DNA of 64,000 nucleotides from Podarcis filfolensis. Its lineage: Eukaryota. The position numbers were made by a program, and so were the translations under genes. Shown piece after piece: positions 59,512-64,000 of the stretch. Every line of letters begins with the position of its first letter. Within the stretch, counting starts at the first letter, position 1. Under the pieces are notes generated by a model that worked only from the letters and a program-made list of their open reading frames with translations, ran no database searches and was not told the origin of the DNA. Where the stretch lies: assembly GCA_964270895.1 (NCBI GenBank), contig OZ185443.1; one strand, written 5' to 3'.

Positions 59512-61779
59512 GGTGGCCACACCTCCAGTTGGTTTGTAGGCCCCAGAAAGTTGGCCAAGGTGGAATTAGCCCTACCCTCAAAACAAGCTAGCCACCCTTG
59601 CTCTACAAATGTTCTTCTTTTTTCTGGTATTCAGGACTGCTCTTTTGTTCTTTTGTCTCTATCAAAGCCAGATTCCAAAAACTAAAGCAGAATTACATGG
59701 TGCTGTTAAACACTGATCTAGGAAGCACCATTTTGTACTAATTAAAACTAGCATACTGATGAAGAGTATTACCCAAGAGTCATTTATGGGGTGGGGCAAA
59801 TGGGGAAAAATAACAGAATACAGAAGTGTTTGTTAAAAGTAGCCTAGAGAATATGGATGCAGAAATGTGAATTTGTGATTGTCACTATAGTTCACAGCTA
59901 CTGTACTTTAGTTTTATTCCACCAAAAAATAGAATAGTCAGTTACAATTCTAAAGTGATTGTGATTAAATATTTAGGAAAACAAATTATGACCCATTCTA
60001 AAGCAGCAATTTCTCAATGTTAAAGCTCATCAGTATTTCAATAGGAAATTATAAGGAATAACTGGGTCTCTTACTTAAGGAAAGTATGAAAGGGCCATTG
60101 AAATGCTCTGTTAGTCATCATTTCTGAGTGACCTTATAAAGAATCATAACTATGGCTGACACAGATTAACAAAGTCCAAAGACAAAGGCATTTCAAGGTC
60201 CTGTGGTAAATTATTAAAATAGATTTTCTATATTGTTTCAATTCTACAAAGCTAACATAAATACATTTTTAAAGTGTACTGTTCTGGAATCTTGACTATA
60301 CCACAGGGTTGTCATACACTATTCCCTCTCAGGCCCTTTCCAGCAATATGATTGTAACACTGAGCTACTTTGCAGAGTGGAGGTAACTCACACATTCGCA
60401 GCCACATCACCCCCTATAATATGATACAATATTGGACTTTGTTGTGCAGGCCATTTTTTTCAATCTGCCTTTGCTGCTAACCATTTTGTTTTGGGGTGCC
60501 CAGTTACATTACTAAAATCCTTTGTATTGTGAGGATAACATGGTGAGGGAGAAAATAATGTATGCCTCATTGAGATCACTGGAGTAAAGATGGGATATAA
60601 ACTGAATAAACAAAATTAACAAATGTACTTCACCCACCCACCCCCAGTCCATTTCCCAACAAACTCTCTTTGCCCGTTACGCTCACTCAGCAATCTATTA
60701 AACTCCCAGGCTTCTCTCAAAACAGTTTAGTAATGAGTACGTGAAGGGAAACCCTTCTGAATTCCTGTTGCCTAACATTAGCCATAAAAATGCATTTCAA
60801 ACAAAGATTACAAATATTTTATGCAACTCATGGGTAATAATGACACTTACTAGACATTCCTCTTGACCTAACACAACAAACTATTTCCCCACAGTGCAGA
60901 GATATATTTTTCCCTAAACAACCCCAGCAAAGTCTGTAGAAGAAAAACACACATATCTTGCGAACTTTTGAGCATCAAAAGTCAAGTGGTTAACAAAATC
61001 AGAACAGTTTCTTATCCTTTCTATCCCCAAATCGGCATGAACCATCCTCAAGCTTACCTTTCCTATGATGCCAAGTTTAAAATCAATCCATTGAACTATT
61101 TTCTAACTGTACTGTCTTCCCTCCCCCCAAAAAATTATCATTATAATGGCAGGATTCAATATAGCTGGCTCACACTTAACATAGTGTCAATACTGTGGCC
61201 CTATAAATCCTGACAAGTGATGGTTAACACTTCATGCATCTGTTCTTTAAAAAATCTTCTATAATTTATTTTGAACAAATTACATCCTCACAAGAATACA
61301 ACTAGAAATGCAAAAATGAAGGAGGGGCAGATTTTAAAAGAGAGGGAAAGAAGAAATGAAATAAAATTACCGACCAAGTAATAATACAAAGGCTTTGCAC
61401 AATGTAGTACAGTAAGCAACATTAGGCACAAGGTTGTCATAACAATACTGTAATTCAAACAGTAATAATAATATAATTATATTTTCTTGTTCTTCCAGGT
61501 GTAAGAGAGTGTTATCCAATACCTCTTTACTCAGGAAACAATGTTACCACATTCAAAGATATACAAAGGCTGGGGGGTTATCTCTTATTAGCGAAATCAA
61601 CAAAGTCATGTATCAATTGAAGTGGACTGCAGCCCACAAAAGTACAATATCATAAAAGCATACTGGTCTTTATTGGTTTTGCAGCCTCTTTTTTCTTTTT
61701 GCTCCTATAGACCAACACAGTGACCTGTCTCAAAGTTGTTCACGCAGAAATGCCAACACACATTCAGCACTCTTGCTAC

Positions 61780-62040
61780 TAAAATGTTTTCCCCTCAAAT
61801 AGCTACACTGGCATTCTGTCTATCCTTACCTTCAAGTTCCCTACATAGCCTTGCCTCCCATATCTCACATTTCTAATATTCCAATACATCCCTCCCCATG
61901 ATATTCTCTCAAGCTCCACCAACATCCAAAGATCTCCTGCTCCTTCAGTGGCAACCTCCTCTCCTTGCTGCACTGTATGTTTGGAATTTCCTTCAATGAT
62001 ACCAGCATGATGTCAGCTCTCTGACTTCATAAAAACAACA
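61780..62040 (+). mobile_element. Old L2-like 3' fragment
   Basis: CTACACTGGCATTCTGTC...CTTCAAG...CATAGCCTTGCCTCCCATATCTC...TGTTTGGAATTTCCTTC follows the degraded LHWLP...APxxWNxLP pattern. Confidence 0.45.
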
Positions 62041-64000
62041 TATGCGGACACCTCATTAGTTACTCCTGTCCTAACTATAGATCAGCCTGTAAGGAAGCCT
62101 AAGCACATGTGACCAAAATAATCACATAATGCTTCCCTATTAATTTCTGGAATAATTGAACACTGCCAGTTGAACAATAAGATCTAGGTTAAAAACAAGG
62201 TTTGCAGTTATTCGTCTTATACACTTCTTATTTCAAGGCAATTCATTTTCTTTCCTAACCAAGTGAAACATTGGAGGAAATATTAGTTGTATGGTTCAGT
62301 AATTTACAGGGCGGCAGTCAATATACCTAATTACAGAATAATGAACTGATTTCTATTGATTTCATTTATAGACATGCTGCACAAGGACATGCCCAACATA
62401 GTGTTAAATCTAACAGACAGTTTACACTGGAATGTAACTAATTAATGCTTTATGTTTGTATAGTTTTAGACAGCATGGAGTAGTTACTATAATTTCACAT
62501 ATATACCCTTCCACATCTGCTCTACAAACAAACTGTGGGGAAATATGCTACCCATAAAGGTCAGTGGACACACCAACTAAACTGCTCATTTACATAATAA
62601 GCATTATTTCATAGTTTTTGTTCATATATTACAGAAATAAGGGCAATTTCCAACAACAACTTCATGGATCAAGGAAAAACTAAGTTACAAGTCAGGTGTG
62701 TGTGTGCGCGTGCACACGCACGCACACACATTCAAGATTCATAATATATCTAGAAATAGGCAACTTAAGACAACAAATCTAGATGATGATTTATTCTCAA
62801 AAAAGAGATATGTGTTAGAATAAAAAATGATTTCAAATACAAAGTATTACAACAACTGCATTAGTATCAATTGTTGGTGCCCTATGTGAAATAAGTTAGC
62901 AGGGACTAAAATTTTTCCTGTACTTACTCCAACTTTACAGAACAATCTTCTAAAATGCCCAATGAAATCAAGGAGTACCTGTTGCTATAGCTGCTTTGAT
63001 GCTAAACAGGTATGGTTTGATTGATGCTAGGCTGGAAAACCACAGGAAGCCACATTTAAGTTGTTCTAAGCTTCCAAAAGAAGACCAGAACCAATGTAAA
63101 GTAAATAGCATGATTGTCAGGCTATGGCTGTCAAATAAAATGGCTAATTTTGGGTCTTGACCTCACTGGCTAAAAAGACCTTCATTCTTGTCATTGTACC
63201 CTTTACTGGCACCACCACTTGCTTCATACAACCAATTGCCTATGCGAAATGGAACCTATTAACCTTTTAACATATAAGATGCTAAGCAAACATAGAAACC
63301 ATAGGAACTATAGAATTCTACTATCATCTACTTCTAGGGTATTAGAGGAGTTCTTATGTTCAAGTGCACATGTTCAGCTACAATCAAATGGATTTAAGCA
63401 GCTCCCAACCTCTGTGCTGAATTATTGCATCTGAGTTTGTGTATAGTAATCTGTTTTGTGTGATTTATTATTCACTGGTTTCCAATTAATCATCTCCCTG
63501 GAATCCTGAGATCAAGCAATTGTCTCTATGTATTATTGTAAAAAATTCCTTATTGGCAGGTATTATAAAGTCATATTTTACAGTGGGAAACATAAAGATA
63601 AATGTTACGAACCACATCTCAAAAAGTCATTAACAGAGCTTTTTTGAGATCCCCCAATGCCTTTACAAAGAGAAAGTGACCATGTGAGCAGATATCATAG
63701 CATTCTAAAAAGCGACAGGTGATGTTTGAAAAATTAGGTGGAAGCCGTATAATCAGATCTGCTGGGAAAGGGAGTTCCTGGCCGAAGCTGCTGGACAGTG
63801 GAAAGGCATTAAAAAGCTCCAACTGGTATCCCATTGAGTTATTCTATGCAATCTACAGAGGTATTAACAATTAAAATATTAAATAAATAATGAGCAACTA
63901 CAAGGGAAAGCTAAAGGTGGTATTCAACCAAGTTTTACTCAAACCCATTGAAGTTAATGGACCTAACTTAGTTATGTTTATTAATTTCAATAGGTTTCAT

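Noticed and set aside
62925-63040. Acceptor TTTTCCAG and donor GGA|GTAAGT as an upstream RAPGEF2 exon
   Set aside because: Stops in all three frames, no match to recalled N-termini, and nothing to distinguish it from chance.

Overview
Vertebrate genomic DNA from a squamate reptile, probably a lacertid lizard (Squam1/Sauria SINEs, Squam3 SINEs, BovB). The window is dominated by RAPGEF2 (PDZ-GEF1/RA-GEF-1) on the minus strand. I traced 23 GT-AG coding exons from 57273 to the stop at 15132; they join in phase into 4416 nt (1471 aa plus stop) covering cNMP-binding, REM, PDZ, RA and CDC25 GEF domains, PY motifs and the C-terminal SAV PDZ ligand. The first coding exon(s) were not found and probably lie beyond 64000. 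A ~3.1 kb 3'UTR runs to a polyA signal at 12029-12034. Three unusual things stand out. (1) A ~1.2 kb composite insertion in the 3'UTR (13560-14745) holds an inverted copy of the adjacent UTR plus reverse-complement fragments of RAPGEF2 sequence from ~10 kb away, which predicts a long fold-back mRNA structure. (2) Downstream of the gene lies a decayed, deletion-riddled direct duplicate of RAPGEF2 29399-36050 (at ~351-3978), next to a triplicated ~1-1.5 kb unit. (3) Several introns carry unannotated exon-like or hairpin signals, including an in-frame 90-nt candidate inside the CDC25 domain and tandem hairpins at 44469-44575. Two N gaps are present. Comparisons with human RAPGEF2 and TE consensus sequences are from memory and need database confirmation.
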